A stretch of 40,987 nt of DNA, from IMG/VR virus record IMGVR_UViG_3300027808_003251, positions 1 through 40,987 of that record. One strand, given 5' to 3'. A model generated the notes under the pieces. It had not been told where the DNA came from and did no database searches. It saw only the letters and a program-made list of their open reading frames with translations. The translations under genes were made by a program, and so were the position numbers. The first letter of the stretch is position 1. Every line of letters starts with the position of its first letter. The DNA comes from a virus. Its lineage: Duplodnaviria > Caudoviricetes. Shown here piece after piece: positions 15,669 to 25,763 of the stretch.

Positions 15669-16832
15669 TTATCCTAACAATGCTGTGGCCACTCGTGGCA
15701 GGGTGGTAGTGGAAATGCCGCCTACATTTTGCAATCCTGCCTGGAATGCTTTGTTCACTACTGCTTGGTCTGGGGGTATTATTTTGGCCAACTCATCGCA
15801 ACCTGCAGGAAGTACAATTGCCACACTGCTATTCAATGCCGCTTGCACTTCAGGGTTTACTGATCCATCAGGATTGAACAATAGTACTACGCCACCTGCT
15901 GCCGATGGTACTGTTAATGATATCCAACTTTCAGGAAGAATCTTTTTCAAATCCAACAAGTCAGCCATAGTTTTAATATTGGGAGTAACCACTCCGAGTA
16001 CATCTAACACATACTCCAAACAATCTGCATCAATCGCGGCCATTGCTTGGTATGCCTTTTTCTGTAAAGTATTGAATTCATTTGTTGATGGTGTTCTAGT
16101 GCTGGCATCTGGGGTACACAACAACACAATGTCGCTTTCAGTCAGGCCGTACTCTGCTAATTTTGATGCTACACAACTCAATGTGCCAGATGTGATTTTT
16201 CCTTCGTCACTAAGTTGTTGTAGCACGGCTGCAGGCGTGCCAAAGTTGTCTAGGTTGGCTAGATCAATTGCATTGCCCAGTTGTGCGCAATCTCTGCCTA
16301 GACATTTTAGTGCCAGATTCACGCTGGTAAATTGGCCAGTGATCAAATCATTCATTGTGGTGAATGTAGGGCCAAGATAAGTAGTGGCGTTGACTGCACT
16401 TTGTATTAGTTCGTTTGTTGTGCCACGATATCCCACAACAATTTGGTATGCTTGACAGAACCGGTCAACTTCTCCATCACCAAGATACAATTCGGCGTTG
16501 TTGACCACTAGGTTACCAAAGCCGCCGGTCTCAGTTGTGGGTATCAAGGGATTAACTCCGGCATATGCAGAAGGAATGCTGGCACCAAGTGCAGGGCACG
16601 TGGTGTTGCCTAGAGTTTTAAGACTGGCAATAACACCGGCATTTAGTCCAAAGGCCGGGCCAAGAGTGATTGTGCTCATTAGATCTTCTACAAAAGGCAG
16701 CGAGTTGTATGAGCTCACTGCATTGGTCAATGATGTGGGAATCGTGATACCTTGATTTTGTAATAGTCCTGCACCGGCAATCAATTGCAATGGTGTGTAT
16801 GTACCTGGTTGGCCAAATCCTGAACCTGCCAT
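15669..16832 (-). CDS. Putative baseplate/tail-associated protein
   Basis: Follows the PAAR gene with TAATG coupling; structural-protein-like composition. Confidence 0.6.
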   Translation of the reverse strand: MAGSGFGQPGTYTPLQLIAGAGLLQNQGITIPTSLTNAVSSYNSLPFVEDLMSTITLGPAFGLNAGVIASLKTLGNTTCPALGASIPSAYAGVNPLIPTTETGGFGNLVVNNAELYLGDGEVDRFCQAYQIVVGYRGTTNELIQSAVNATTYLGPTFTTMNDLITGQFTSVNLALKCLGRDCAQLGNAIDLANLDNFGTPAAVLQQLSDEGKITSGTLSCVASKLAEYGLTESDIVLLCTPDASTRTPSTNEFNTLQKKAYQAMAAIDADCLEYVLDVLGVVTPNIKTMADLLDLKKILPESWISLTVPSAAGGVVLLFNPDGSVNPEVQAALNSSVAIVLPAGCDELAKIIPPDQAVVNKAFQAGLQNVGGISTTTLPRVATALLG

Positions 16833-17098
16833 TATCCAGCCCTCACATCACCACTACCGCCAGTGCGTGTGTGCCCGCAGGTATCAGGATTACCTGCAAC
16901 ACTGATCGGCTGGCCTTCAACTCGTACACTGCTCACGCCTGTGGTGGTTTTTGCAGATGCATGTGCTTTTTTACCGTGCCAACTAACAGACAAGTTGATT
17001 GTGGCAGTAGGAATTCCGTTGGTTCGTACAGAACCCACGCCTGAAAGTATTTTTCCGCCGCCTGTGTCCAAATCACCTTGTCGCTGTACTGCTGGCAT
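16832..17098 (-). CDS. PAAR-like spike tip protein (T4 gp5.4-like)
   Basis: MPAVQRQGD...VRTNGIP...H..KAH...VRVEGQPI..AG..DTCGH...GS.DV.AG. Confidence 0.85.
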   Translation of the reverse strand: MPAVQRQGDLDTGGGKILSGVGSVRTNGIPTATINLSVSWHGKKAHASAKTTTGVSSVRVEGQPISVAGNPDTCGHTRTGGSGDVRAG

Positions 17099-17099
17099 A

Positions 17100-17414
17100 T
17101 TATCCTAGTATAAGTTTTTTCTCTGGTACTTTGATACCAGTTGTTGCTTCTAGATATTTCATCTTAACTGAATCATCAGTCTTGGACACTAAAGAAACAC
17201 TGTTAGTATTTAACCGGATTTCTTCCTTGGGATCTGCTGTAAACAAGCTGGGAATCAGGCCCATGCCCTGCGGACCCGGAGCAATGCTCACGGGTTCTTC
17301 TAGGACAATCCAGTCCCCGCCTGATTGCTTGACCTTGGCAACCATTTCTTCGCCTGAGTTCATTTTGAATGTGTATACCTGGTTGGGTTCTAGTGCTAGT
17401 TGTGCTGACATCAT
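17100..17414 (-). CDS. Conserved phage hypothetical protein (Sm-like fold suspected)
   Basis: FKMNSGEEMVAK...LEEP...Y.EATTGI pattern. Confidence 0.65.
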   Translation of the reverse strand: MMSAQLALEPNQVYTFKMNSGEEMVAKVKQSGGDWIVLEEPVSIAPGPQGMGLIPSLFTADPKEEIRLNTNSVSLVSKTDDSVKMKYLEATTGIKVPEKKLILG

Positions 17415-17641
17415 GTGCTTTCTGTTAATTTTGCTTTGAGTTCGGTAAATCCACCCACAAGTTCTCCGTCAAGGATAATCTGTGGTACTGTCCTGGCTGT
17501 GGGGATTGCTTCTAACAATTCTTCTCGGGTGTATCCGTCGCCAATTTTACGTTCTTCAAACGGGATACCTTTTTGTTTTAATAGTGCCTTTGCTTGATCG
17601 CAATAAGGGCAGTGGTACTTGCTCCATAAAATTGCTTGCAT
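17411..17641 (-). CDS. Glutaredoxin
   Basis: CPYC, RTVPQI and VGGF motifs; next to nrdAB. Confidence 0.95.
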   Translation of the reverse strand: MQAILWSKYHCPYCDQAKALLKQKGIPFEERKIGDGYTREELLEAIPTARTVPQIILDGELVGGFTELKAKLTEST

Positions 17642-17642
17642 T

Positions 17643-18077
17643 TTACTTTCCTAATAGTTTCATCATTGTGCGTACATGCACACGATCTTTTTCTTTTTCA
17701 TCTTCTGGCAGTTGATCATAGGGCACATGTTGTGCCGCATTATAGTCAGCCTTGGGATTACGCTTCATCCATTCAATGTGAATGTACTCTGCGGCTTTTT
17801 CCATGTCAGTAGGAAATTTAGTCACAGCATCAGCGGCAGCTTTGCCTGCAGCCAGATTTTCTCTTTGCCAGTCTGGATGAATCTTATCAAATGGTTGATT
17901 GATATCACCTTCAGATCCATCGCTGTTCTTTTTAATTCTGGGCTTTGTTCCGGTAGGATCAAAGTTGCGACGCCATTCTTCGTGCGCTGAACTGGCAAAT
18001 TGTGTGATAGGATCTTCGTTGATTTGCATCATCTCGTTAATTTTGTCCAAATGTTTTCTAATATCTTGTTGCATCAT
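17643..18077 (-). CDS. RyR (ryanodine-receptor repeat)-like domain protein
   Basis: Two repeats: AHEEW...PFDKIHPDWQREN and IHIEW...VPYDQLPEDEKEKDR. Confidence 0.65.
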   Translation of the reverse strand: MMQQDIRKHLDKINEMMQINEDPITQFASSAHEEWRRNFDPTGTKPRIKKNSDGSEGDINQPFDKIHPDWQRENLAAGKAAADAVTKFPTDMEKAAEYIHIEWMKRNPKADYNAAQHVPYDQLPEDEKEKDRVHVRTMMKLLGK

Positions 18078-19174
18078 AATTCTGGTAGTTCCTCATAGTC
18101 AATGCTGTCGCTCATTATGCCAATAACATAATTAGTTGATTCGTTTTCTTGCAGTGCAGTTTGTTTCTTGCTGGTGTCAACGTGTTTGTTGAACCAAGGA
18201 ATAGGGGTACTGCGTGGTGCAGGTTCCAGATACTTGATTCCAATTTCGTTCAGTGCATTCTTGGCAGTGAAGTCCACAAAGTCTCTCAAGATGTTGGCAT
18301 TAAGTCCAATCACTGGACCATGTTTGAACAAGTAATCAGCCCACTCTTTTTCTTCACGGATCACATCCAGGTACATTTGATACACTTCTGCTTCGCATTC
18401 TGCTTTAACGGCGGCAAAGCGTGGATCTTCTTTCACAACTTGATTGATCAAGAACGCAGTCCACTCTTTGTGTAAGATCTCGTCCTGCAAGATTAGCTGA
18501 ATGATGTTGCCATTGCCAATAAAGATTTTGTTTTCCACCATGGCCAGGCTTGTGGCAAATGATACCATAAAGCGGAATGCCTCTAGAGCATAGCTGGCAT
18601 GTAGTGCCATGTAGATTGCTTTAACGTGCTCCTGTTCAGTTACCTTTTCGCCCAGTTGTTTGCGACAGTTAACCACATGCAGTTCTTCGTAGTAGTTGCC
18701 AACGCTTGATGCCATGTCTACAATTTCTTTGGTGTCGTGGATTGTGTTAAACACTTCCTTGGGCACATTGTAGATATTGCGGATGATGTGACTGTAACTT
18801 CTTGAGTGAATATTGGTTTCAAAGAATGTCCAGTTGTAGACCAGGGCTTCTAGTTCTGGTAGGCTCACCACAGGTGTAAAGATTTGGCTTGGGCCACGAC
18901 CTTGCAAACTGTCCAGTGCTGTTTGCCGAAGCAGGTTTGATGTAAAGATGTGCTTGACTGTGTCTGACGCATCTTTAAAGTCTTGCGAATCCTTTGTCAA
19001 CGAGATCTCTTCGGGAATCCAAAAGAATCCACGTGCCTCTTGCTCATACTTGGCAATCTTGTTGTATTTGACTTCCTCAAATCGTTGAATAGTTACAGGC
19101 CCTGCTGGATCCAGAAACATCTTGCGGCTCAAGTAATCTGTTTTTGTTTTTAAATTGTATTGTGCTTGACTCAT
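18074..19174 (-). CDS. nrdB: Ribonucleotide reductase class Ia beta subunit
   Basis: LDSLQGR, FETNIHSRSY (radical Tyr), ALEAFRF and QDEILH di-iron ligands. Confidence 0.96.
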   Translation of the reverse strand: MSQAQYNLKTKTDYLSRKMFLDPAGPVTIQRFEEVKYNKIAKYEQEARGFFWIPEEISLTKDSQDFKDASDTVKHIFTSNLLRQTALDSLQGRGPSQIFTPVVSLPELEALVYNWTFFETNIHSRSYSHIIRNIYNVPKEVFNTIHDTKEIVDMASSVGNYYEELHVVNCRKQLGEKVTEQEHVKAIYMALHASYALEAFRFMVSFATSLAMVENKIFIGNGNIIQLILQDEILHKEWTAFLINQVVKEDPRFAAVKAECEAEVYQMYLDVIREEKEWADYLFKHGPVIGLNANILRDFVDFTAKNALNEIGIKYLEPAPRSTPIPWFNKHVDTSKKQTALQENESTNYVIGIMSDSIDYEELPEL

Positions 19175-19182
19175 TAATGTCC

Positions 19183-21498
19183 TTAAAGTTTACATGCTTC
19201 ACAGTCTTCGACATCGTCAAAGTCAATTTCTTCTAACGGTGTTTCTTCTGTTTTTTGTTTTGATCCTGCTTTGTTGATAAGACTGTAGTAGAATGTTTTC
19301 AATCCCCAGTAGTGTGCCTGCATCAAGTTCTTGGCAATCAGGGTTGTGGGAACCTTACGGTCTGCAAAGTGTGCAGGATTGTAGAATGTGTTGGTTGAGA
19401 TTGATTGATCAATGTAGGCTGCCAGCACTGCCGCTGTCTTCAAATATCCATCACAGTCTTTCTGCGCCCACATCTGTTGATACTTATTTTTTAACTTGTG
19501 ATACTCGGGCACAACCTGTGTTAGTGAGCCTGCTTTGGATTCTTTTACAGATATCAAACTCATGGGCATTTCAATGCCGTTGGTTGAGTTGATCACAACT
19601 GAGCTGGATTCCACTGGAGCAATGGCCATTTGTGTGGCATTGCGCACACCATAACTTCGCATTTCTGCACGTAGGCCTTCCCAGTTCAGTTCTGGAGTAA
19701 AGTCTGTGAGCTCGTTAACACCTTTGGCACGTAATTCCCAAGGGAAGATGCCTTTGCCATAACGTGTTTTATCACTGTGTTCACAACGACCACGTTCCTT
19801 GGCCAGTTCAACTGAGGCTTCTGTTAGGTAGTAGGCTTGATGTTCCATCCACGTCTTGACTTCAGCCAGGCTGTCTCGTTCTCCGTACTTGAATCCACGC
19901 TTGGCGTGCCAGTAGGCAAGGTTGGTGACTCCAATTCCCAGCGGTCTAATTTCGTCATTGGATAGTTTAGACTGGATGGAAAGAAAGTCTTGATAGTCAA
20001 GAATGTTATTGAGGCTACGATGCAGTATGCGGCAAGCACGGCGCATGTCTTCTGGGTTACGGAACGCACCCCAATTGATTGAGCCCAGTGTGCAAAGTGC
20101 AATACGACCAGACTCGTCATCCAGACGTTTAAAGGATTTAGTAGGTAAAAGTATTTCACAGCATAAGTTACTCTGGTAAATTGTATGATACTCAGGATCA
20201 AATGGACCTTGATTCATCACGTTGTCAACAAACACAAGATAGATACGTCCTGTATCTGTGCGTTCTTTCAAGATGCCGCCTTTGAATACTTCTTCAGCAC
20301 TCATGGTCTTTGTTCTTAGGTCTGTACGCTGTTCATATTCACAATAGAGTTGTTCAAAACGTTGTGTGTTTTGATAGAACGCTTCGTACAGGTCAGGAAC
20401 TTCGTTGGGATCAAAGAAAGTTATGTTTTCTTTGTTTCGGAATCGTCTCCAGAAGAAAGCACTAAGCACAATCCCATAATCCATATGACGGACTCGGGTT
20501 TCGTCGGTTCCTTGGTTGTTCTTAAGTACAATAAGATCATCAAACTGATGATGCCAAATAGGATAAAAAACAGTAGCACTTGCATTACGGATACCTCCTT
20601 GTGAACATGATCGTAAATCACCGAACCATTTTTTCAGGAAAGGTATCATACCTGTATGCATAATTTCGCCGCCCCTAATAGGGCTTCCTAACGACCGTAG
20701 TCGTCCAATCTCCAATCCAATGCCTGCACGTTTGCTGGCATACTTGGCCATCATTTCTCCGCTGGCGAAAATACTGTCCAGATCATCATCCGAGCGAATA
20801 AGAACACAACTACTAAACTGTTTTGTAGGAGTACCAAGCCCTGCCAACACCGGCGTGGCCAATGTAAAAAGTCCGTCGCTGGCTGCTGTGTAATACTCTT
20901 TGATGTATCGCATTCTCGCTGAGTTCGGTTCTTCTGAGTGAAATACAGTAGCGGCCGCGACCATGTATCTAATTTGTGGAGTTTCATATATTTGTTTGGT
21001 ACTACGGTTCTTGACCAAGTACTTCTCTATTAATTGTTCAATTGCCGCATATGAATATGTTTCATCCTTTGAGTGATCCAGCATGTCATTCATGCGGTTC
21101 CAATCTTCCTCTGTGTACCAATCCAGCAGTTCAGGGGTGTACAAGCCAGTGGCTACATTGGTCTTTACAATCTCATACAAGTGTGGTGGGGTATATGAAC
21201 CGTACACATCTTTACGTAGCATTGATAGTCGTTGTTTACCTGCTACGAATTGATAATTGGTATGACCTATATCAGGATTTGATTCTACATCAATAAGGTC
21301 AACTATGGCACGTAGGGTAATCTCGTCAATTTCCTTGGTGGTAATTCCATCGTAAAAATGCAACTGTGCCTTGATCTCTACCATGCTCTGACTTACGTCT
21401 GCTATGCCTGCACATACCTTGGCAATTTGGGTCTGCCACTTTTCCAATGCCAAAGGCTCTCTACGCCCTGAGCGTTTTACAACTGTTATTATTTTCAT
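19183..21498 (-). CDS. nrdA: Ribonucleotide reductase class Ia alpha subunit with ATP cone
   Basis: VVKRSG ATP cone; QFSSCV, QSNLCCEI, LCTL and KTFYY motifs; C-terminal CEAC. Confidence 0.97.
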   Translation of the reverse strand: MKIITVVKRSGRREPLALEKWQTQIAKVCAGIADVSQSMVEIKAQLHFYDGITTKEIDEITLRAIVDLIDVESNPDIGHTNYQFVAGKQRLSMLRKDVYGSYTPPHLYEIVKTNVATGLYTPELLDWYTEEDWNRMNDMLDHSKDETYSYAAIEQLIEKYLVKNRSTKQIYETPQIRYMVAAATVFHSEEPNSARMRYIKEYYTAASDGLFTLATPVLAGLGTPTKQFSSCVLIRSDDDLDSIFASGEMMAKYASKRAGIGLEIGRLRSLGSPIRGGEIMHTGMIPFLKKWFGDLRSCSQGGIRNASATVFYPIWHHQFDDLIVLKNNQGTDETRVRHMDYGIVLSAFFWRRFRNKENITFFDPNEVPDLYEAFYQNTQRFEQLYCEYEQRTDLRTKTMSAEEVFKGGILKERTDTGRIYLVFVDNVMNQGPFDPEYHTIYQSNLCCEILLPTKSFKRLDDESGRIALCTLGSINWGAFRNPEDMRRACRILHRSLNNILDYQDFLSIQSKLSNDEIRPLGIGVTNLAYWHAKRGFKYGERDSLAEVKTWMEHQAYYLTEASVELAKERGRCEHSDKTRYGKGIFPWELRAKGVNELTDFTPELNWEGLRAEMRSYGVRNATQMAIAPVESSSVVINSTNGIEMPMSLISVKESKAGSLTQVVPEYHKLKNKYQQMWAQKDCDGYLKTAAVLAAYIDQSISTNTFYNPAHFADRKVPTTLIAKNLMQAHYWGLKTFYYSLINKAGSKQKTEETPLEEIDFDDVEDCEACKL

Positions 21499-21505
21499 TC
21501 TACTC

Positions 21506-21931
21506 CTACTTTATTTGTAGTTTTATTTGGTTTTGTGTTATCTGATGTCGTATCTTTTTGGGACTCTGGTTGATATTTACGACAGTGTCTCGGTCCCAAT
21601 TCAATATATATTTTCCCTGGCTCACTTGGACTAAATTGTCGCTATCCACCTCTACAAGCACCGCATCTTGTAGGTCGGGTCTATCAAGTATTGTTATAGT
21701 ATACAGGATTCCCAGCCCGCGAGCAAGGCCACAATACAAGTTGTCATCCAGTAATTGCCAGGGATCTGGCCAATTTGCACGGTCATCCCAGTGCAGGTGA
21801 TAAGGTTGCCAAGGCGCAACAAACCACCAGGAGTTGATAATGGTTACTGCAGATTCAACATCTCCGGTTTCACAGCGGCGACGAAGTTCTGTCCAGGAGG
21901 CGAGTCTCTCGCCAAATGTTTTGGGCCACAT
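21506..21931 (-). CDS. Conserved phage hypothetical protein (possible transglutaminase-like Cys)
   Basis: WPDPWQLL..NLYCGLARGLG motif; TAATG coupling. Confidence 0.6.
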   Translation of the reverse strand: MWPKTFGERLASWTELRRRCETGDVESAVTIINSWWFVAPWQPYHLHWDDRANWPDPWQLLDDNLYCGLARGLGILYTITILDRPDLQDAVLVEVDSDNLVQVSQGKYILNWDRDTVVNINQSPKKIRHQITQNQIKLQIK

Positions 21932-23712
21932 TAAGATAAATGCGTGATTGAATATTTAATTGTACCTGGATCACCGGTGCTGGATGATGTGTAAGACACA
22001 GTTACATTTCCACCAGCTTGTGCGGCCAGCAACGTGATACCAGTTGAAGAATTTTCTGCATAATCATCTGAGTAGGTAAATCCAGTGCCGGATATGATAC
22101 TCATTGTACCACTTCGATAACTAGTGCTTCTTGTGATGGTATAGTCAATGTTGAATGCCACAATGGGATCACTCAGCCCTGTGTTGACAACAAACAAGTC
22201 TTCGGCTGTGTTATCTGTTAACACATCTGCTACACCAGTGGTACGAGTGTACTCACCCAGTTGCATTTGATTGGCAATGGTGTCATTGGCTGCGCCGTCA
22301 ATGATATAACTGATACCACGAATGTTCATGCCCAACACAACAGATCCAGTATTGTTTAATGCAATGCGAGGATGACTGATTGAGTCAGCAGTTGTGCGTT
22401 CAAACAGGTCACCAACACTGATGTTGTTGTCAGCATCTATGTCAATTACCGGAGTTGTTACAATGTCCAAGAATATATTACCAACATCATAGAAAATGTT
22501 GTATGCAGATGCATTCAGTGTGGCGCCTGTGATCACAATAGCTTCATGATAGATATTATCAAAAATATTTTCTACAATTCTCACTCCAGTAGGTTCAGTA
22601 TCCAGCATGACTCCCTGAAATAATGTGTCAAAGTATCCGCCGCTGATTGTACAACCTTTGATCACGTTGTCAGTCATGATACCATAGGTTGCTCCACTAA
22701 ATTTACATCCACTAAAGTTGATTTGCACACATGGCAAACTTGGACTGCTGTTAAAATGCACACATGCCAATGCGTCTATTTCTGTGTTGCCATCAGCCGT
22801 GGTAAACGGTCCTTGAAAGTTCACCTGCTCAAAACTCACCTGGCTGGTACGGTCAACCAAACACACATTATGTAGCACTGTGGTTCCGTTGCCTTGATTG
22901 GCAGTTTTTACTGCCATGTTAATCATTTCAATATTTTGCGGTGGGAGAGCACCATTAGTGCCAATGCTTACTCCGGTTTGCTGTAAACTGTCTGCGGTTT
23001 GTATCACATACTCTGGCAGGTCTTGTTGTTCCCAATAGGTGGTGTTTGTTGGGGCAATAGGACTTCCTGGACTGGCGGGATCTTCGGCCGGTACCACTGA
23101 CTTAGATCGGTAATAGTTGCCATTGACTGTGTAATAAACCATAACACCTGATGCATATGGTGTCAATGTCACCCAGTTGTTGACCTGGAAACTGATGATG
23201 CTGGAGTTAGAGCCTTCGCCATACAATTGCGCAAATGGTGGAACAAGTATAGTGTCTGTTACTAGATATGTTCCTGCTGGGAAAAACAAACTTCTACGAA
23301 TCTGTGTGTTGGTTTGGCGGCAATACAATTGATACAATGCACGATTGATAGCGGCAGTGTCGTCGGTCACTCCGTCGCCTGTTGCCCCAAAATCTTTAAC
23401 AATAGCGTAGCTATCTAATCGAGCTTGAATGCTTTGTGTTACTGGATTGCCCGATGTAGCACCCGTTTGTACTGTGTATCCAGCCGCATCTCCTTGATAG
23501 GTATACGCAGTAACATAACTCAGTAGGTCAGAAAACTCGGTTAGTACTTCGGTGTTACCAACAACAGGGGCGCCTTCGGCCAATTCGCCATTACCAATGT
23601 ATAATTTACGTTCATCAATGGCCCAGCCAAGTTCAGCGCCAGCCAGTGGTTGTGGTAGGTCCTGTTCAAGACCTTTGCGTTGGGTAATTCTAGATATTTG
23701 TAAAATGGCCAC
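21931..23712 (-). CDS. Virion tail protein with pectate-lyase-like beta-helix
   Basis: N-terminal LAGAELGWAIDERKLYIGNG; VKDFGATGDGVTDDTAAI...FFPAGTY; late promoter and GAGGA SD. Confidence 0.8.
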   Translation of the reverse strand: MAILQISRITQRKGLEQDLPQPLAGAELGWAIDERKLYIGNGELAEGAPVVGNTEVLTEFSDLLSYVTAYTYQGDAAGYTVQTGATSGNPVTQSIQARLDSYAIVKDFGATGDGVTDDTAAINRALYQLYCRQTNTQIRRSLFFPAGTYLVTDTILVPPFAQLYGEGSNSSIISFQVNNWVTLTPYASGVMVYYTVNGNYYRSKSVVPAEDPASPGSPIAPTNTTYWEQQDLPEYVIQTADSLQQTGVSIGTNGALPPQNIEMINMAVKTANQGNGTTVLHNVCLVDRTSQVSFEQVNFQGPFTTADGNTEIDALACVHFNSSPSLPCVQINFSGCKFSGATYGIMTDNVIKGCTISGGYFDTLFQGVMLDTEPTGVRIVENIFDNIYHEAIVITGATLNASAYNIFYDVGNIFLDIVTTPVIDIDADNNISVGDLFERTTADSISHPRIALNNTGSVVLGMNIRGISYIIDGAANDTIANQMQLGEYTRTTGVADVLTDNTAEDLFVVNTGLSDPIVAFNIDYTITRSTSYRSGTMSIISGTGFTYSDDYAENSSTGITLLAAQAGGNVTVSYTSSSTGDPGTIKYSITHLS

Positions 23713-23729
23713 GATGATTCCTCAATTGA

Positions 23730-24446
23730 TCACGTATTTAGTAGATAATACTGTTCAACCTTGCGCCACCACAAGTCTCTATATTTGTTGTACTCGGCAC
23801 CTTCTAGCACAAACTCTTGATATTCTGGGGGTTTAATGATGTTGAACTGTTCGTCTAAATCTGGTTTAACACACATTAAAATAACACCCTTGCGTATCTT
23901 GGTACCGTGCAATTCATTATGCGCCTCGGCATAGGCACACAATTGCACAAAATAATCTTCAATCCATTCACGCTTTTTGGGCTTGTTGGTTTGCTTGTAG
24001 TCTAGAATAGCTTCTTCGTTCAAGTGTATGCCAGCGCCATCTGTTGTGCCTGCGTAGATACTGGGAAAGTATAAGGGAACTTCGATACCCCAAAACTCTG
24101 ACACATTCCGTAGTCCCTTGTCCACAACAACCTTGGCCATGGCATGACTGGGCCAGGTGTAGGGATTTGACCCAGGGTCTTTGATTGCACCATCACGCAC
24201 GTACTGTTCGAGGTACGTGTGCATACGTGTGCCACGATTGGCAGCTTCAGTAGTGATCTGTTGTGCTTTTTCTACGCCCACACTCTTGCGCCAGCGATTT
24301 AATGCTTCTATTTTGTCCTGGCTTTTGGTTTTGTCAAGTATGGTTGTTACACTGGGCAAGTTATTGCCATCTGGTGTGGCATAGAAACGTTTGCCCTCTA
24401 TTACCACCCGAGGAATAGGTTTATAATCAAATTTTGGATTGTACAT
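23730..24446 (-). CDS. PD-(D/E)XK exonuclease
   Basis: PSVTTIL, RGTRMH, AGTTD...ILDYKQ and QLCAYA motifs. Confidence 0.85.
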   Translation of the reverse strand: MYNPKFDYKPIPRVVIEGKRFYATPDGNNLPSVTTILDKTKSQDKIEALNRWRKSVGVEKAQQITTEAANRGTRMHTYLEQYVRDGAIKDPGSNPYTWPSHAMAKVVVDKGLRNVSEFWGIEVPLYFPSIYAGTTDGAGIHLNEEAILDYKQTNKPKKREWIEDYFVQLCAYAEAHNELHGTKIRKGVILMCVKPDLDEQFNIIKPPEYQEFVLEGAEYNKYRDLWWRKVEQYYLLNT

Positions 24447-25763
24447 TTAGTTTAAATCTATGAGGCCTGTGGAAATATCATATACTGGTAAAATGATATC
24501 GGTATTATTAAAATGAGTGTGGTAAGTTTGCTGATCGGCATGCGTAAGCAGTCCATACAGTTTAGAATTCAAATCAAAACTGTTTGTGCCGGTTCTTTTG
24601 TCGTAATCAGCACTGAATTTTAAGTAGTCATCAAATATTGATCTAGGTGCCACTTTAGTTGACTGCAACAATAACAGCATGCTTTTAAAGTATTCATGTT
24701 GCACTTTGGTTGTGGCATACTTTGTGAAAAAAGGATGTGCTACTGCTGTTTGCAAAATCAAAATCAGGTGTGGTCTATATTCCGACGGCAATGATTCTAC
24801 CATCAACGCCAGTGGACGATTTATGTGTGTGGTTTGCAACCAAATTTCTATGTTGTTTTCGTTACACCAGTTGTACCAATAATCTAACCATTCTACTACG
24901 TAGAATATGTTGTTAAGACTGAATACTGGTGTTATCAATAGATCGTATTTGCTGGGATAGTTTTTCCTAACATACAAAAATTCATCTAGGCTTGATTGTA
25001 CCTTGCTGAATTTTGCAGGCCAACGAACATAATGATAGTTTTCATTTATGCTGTCAATGCTGGCTAAGAAAAATATATTTCTAAACTGTAACAATTTATC
25101 ACGCAACTCTTCAAGATTAACCACAAGGCTTGTGGTGATTCGAATGGAGGTGGTGGCAGCTAGACCTTGATCAATCATCCAGTCTAGTAGTTTAATAAAT
25201 CCAGCTTGTAGCATGGTTTCTCCACCAATGGGATGAAGAATAAAATTATCAGTTTGTCTGTGTTTGTCAGCAATCATGGCAGTCATTTGCTGCCAATACA
25301 TGTCATTGTCCGAGATATCCACATCCAATCCAGGTTCTGACGGCACCCGCATTTTTTCCGACCAATAACTGCTGTCAAAACTGTTGCAACTTCTGCAGGC
25401 CAAATTACAACGATTAGAAAATTTCATACCGACCTGAAGATCAGCTGGTTTTTTATCCTGTTCAAACTTGATCAACTGTTCAGGAGAGAAGTCTATTAGA
25501 TATTTGATTCGTTCGCTTTGTGCACCATTTTTTTCAATTGTGCCGCACAGGTGACAGGCTGCTGGCAACTTTTTGTTTTCAATGTCTGTTTGTAAACTGT
25601 TTATGAATTCATTATCTAATTCTAATTCAGTGTACGTGGTATCAAGATTACAACAAACTGTTATTTTTAATTTTTCTTGCTGAATTCTATAATCATAATT
25701 GTTGTAAGGACTTGCACACAGATGGGGACGATCCTTGATCCACTGTATTTTGTTTTCAATCAT
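24447..25763 (-). CDS. Radical SAM protein with N-terminal SPASM/twitch-like Cys cluster
   Basis: CNLACRSC and GGET; N-terminal C...CC...CHLC. Confidence 0.88.
   Translation of the reverse strand: MIENKIQWIKDRPHLCASPYNNYDYRIQQEKLKITVCCNLDTTYTELELDNEFINSLQTDIENKKLPAACHLCGTIEKNGAQSERIKYLIDFSPEQLIKFEQDKKPADLQVGMKFSNRCNLACRSCNSFDSSYWSEKMRVPSEPGLDVDISDNDMYWQQMTAMIADKHRQTDNFILHPIGGETMLQAGFIKLLDWMIDQGLAATTSIRITTSLVVNLEELRDKLLQFRNIFFLASIDSINENYHYVRWPAKFSKVQSSLDEFLYVRKNYPSKYDLLITPVFSLNNIFYVVEWLDYWYNWCNENNIEIWLQTTHINRPLALMVESLPSEYRPHLILILQTAVAHPFFTKYATTKVQHEYFKSMLLLLQSTKVAPRSIFDDYLKFSADYDKRTGTNSFDLNSKLYGLLTHADQQTYHTHFNNTDIILPVYDISTGLIDLN

Noticed and set aside
18074-21498. Introns, inteins or homing endonucleases in nrdAB (also checked helicase and ligase)
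   Set aside because: ORFs are continuous and of normal length, with no intein or LAGLIDADG/HNH motifs.
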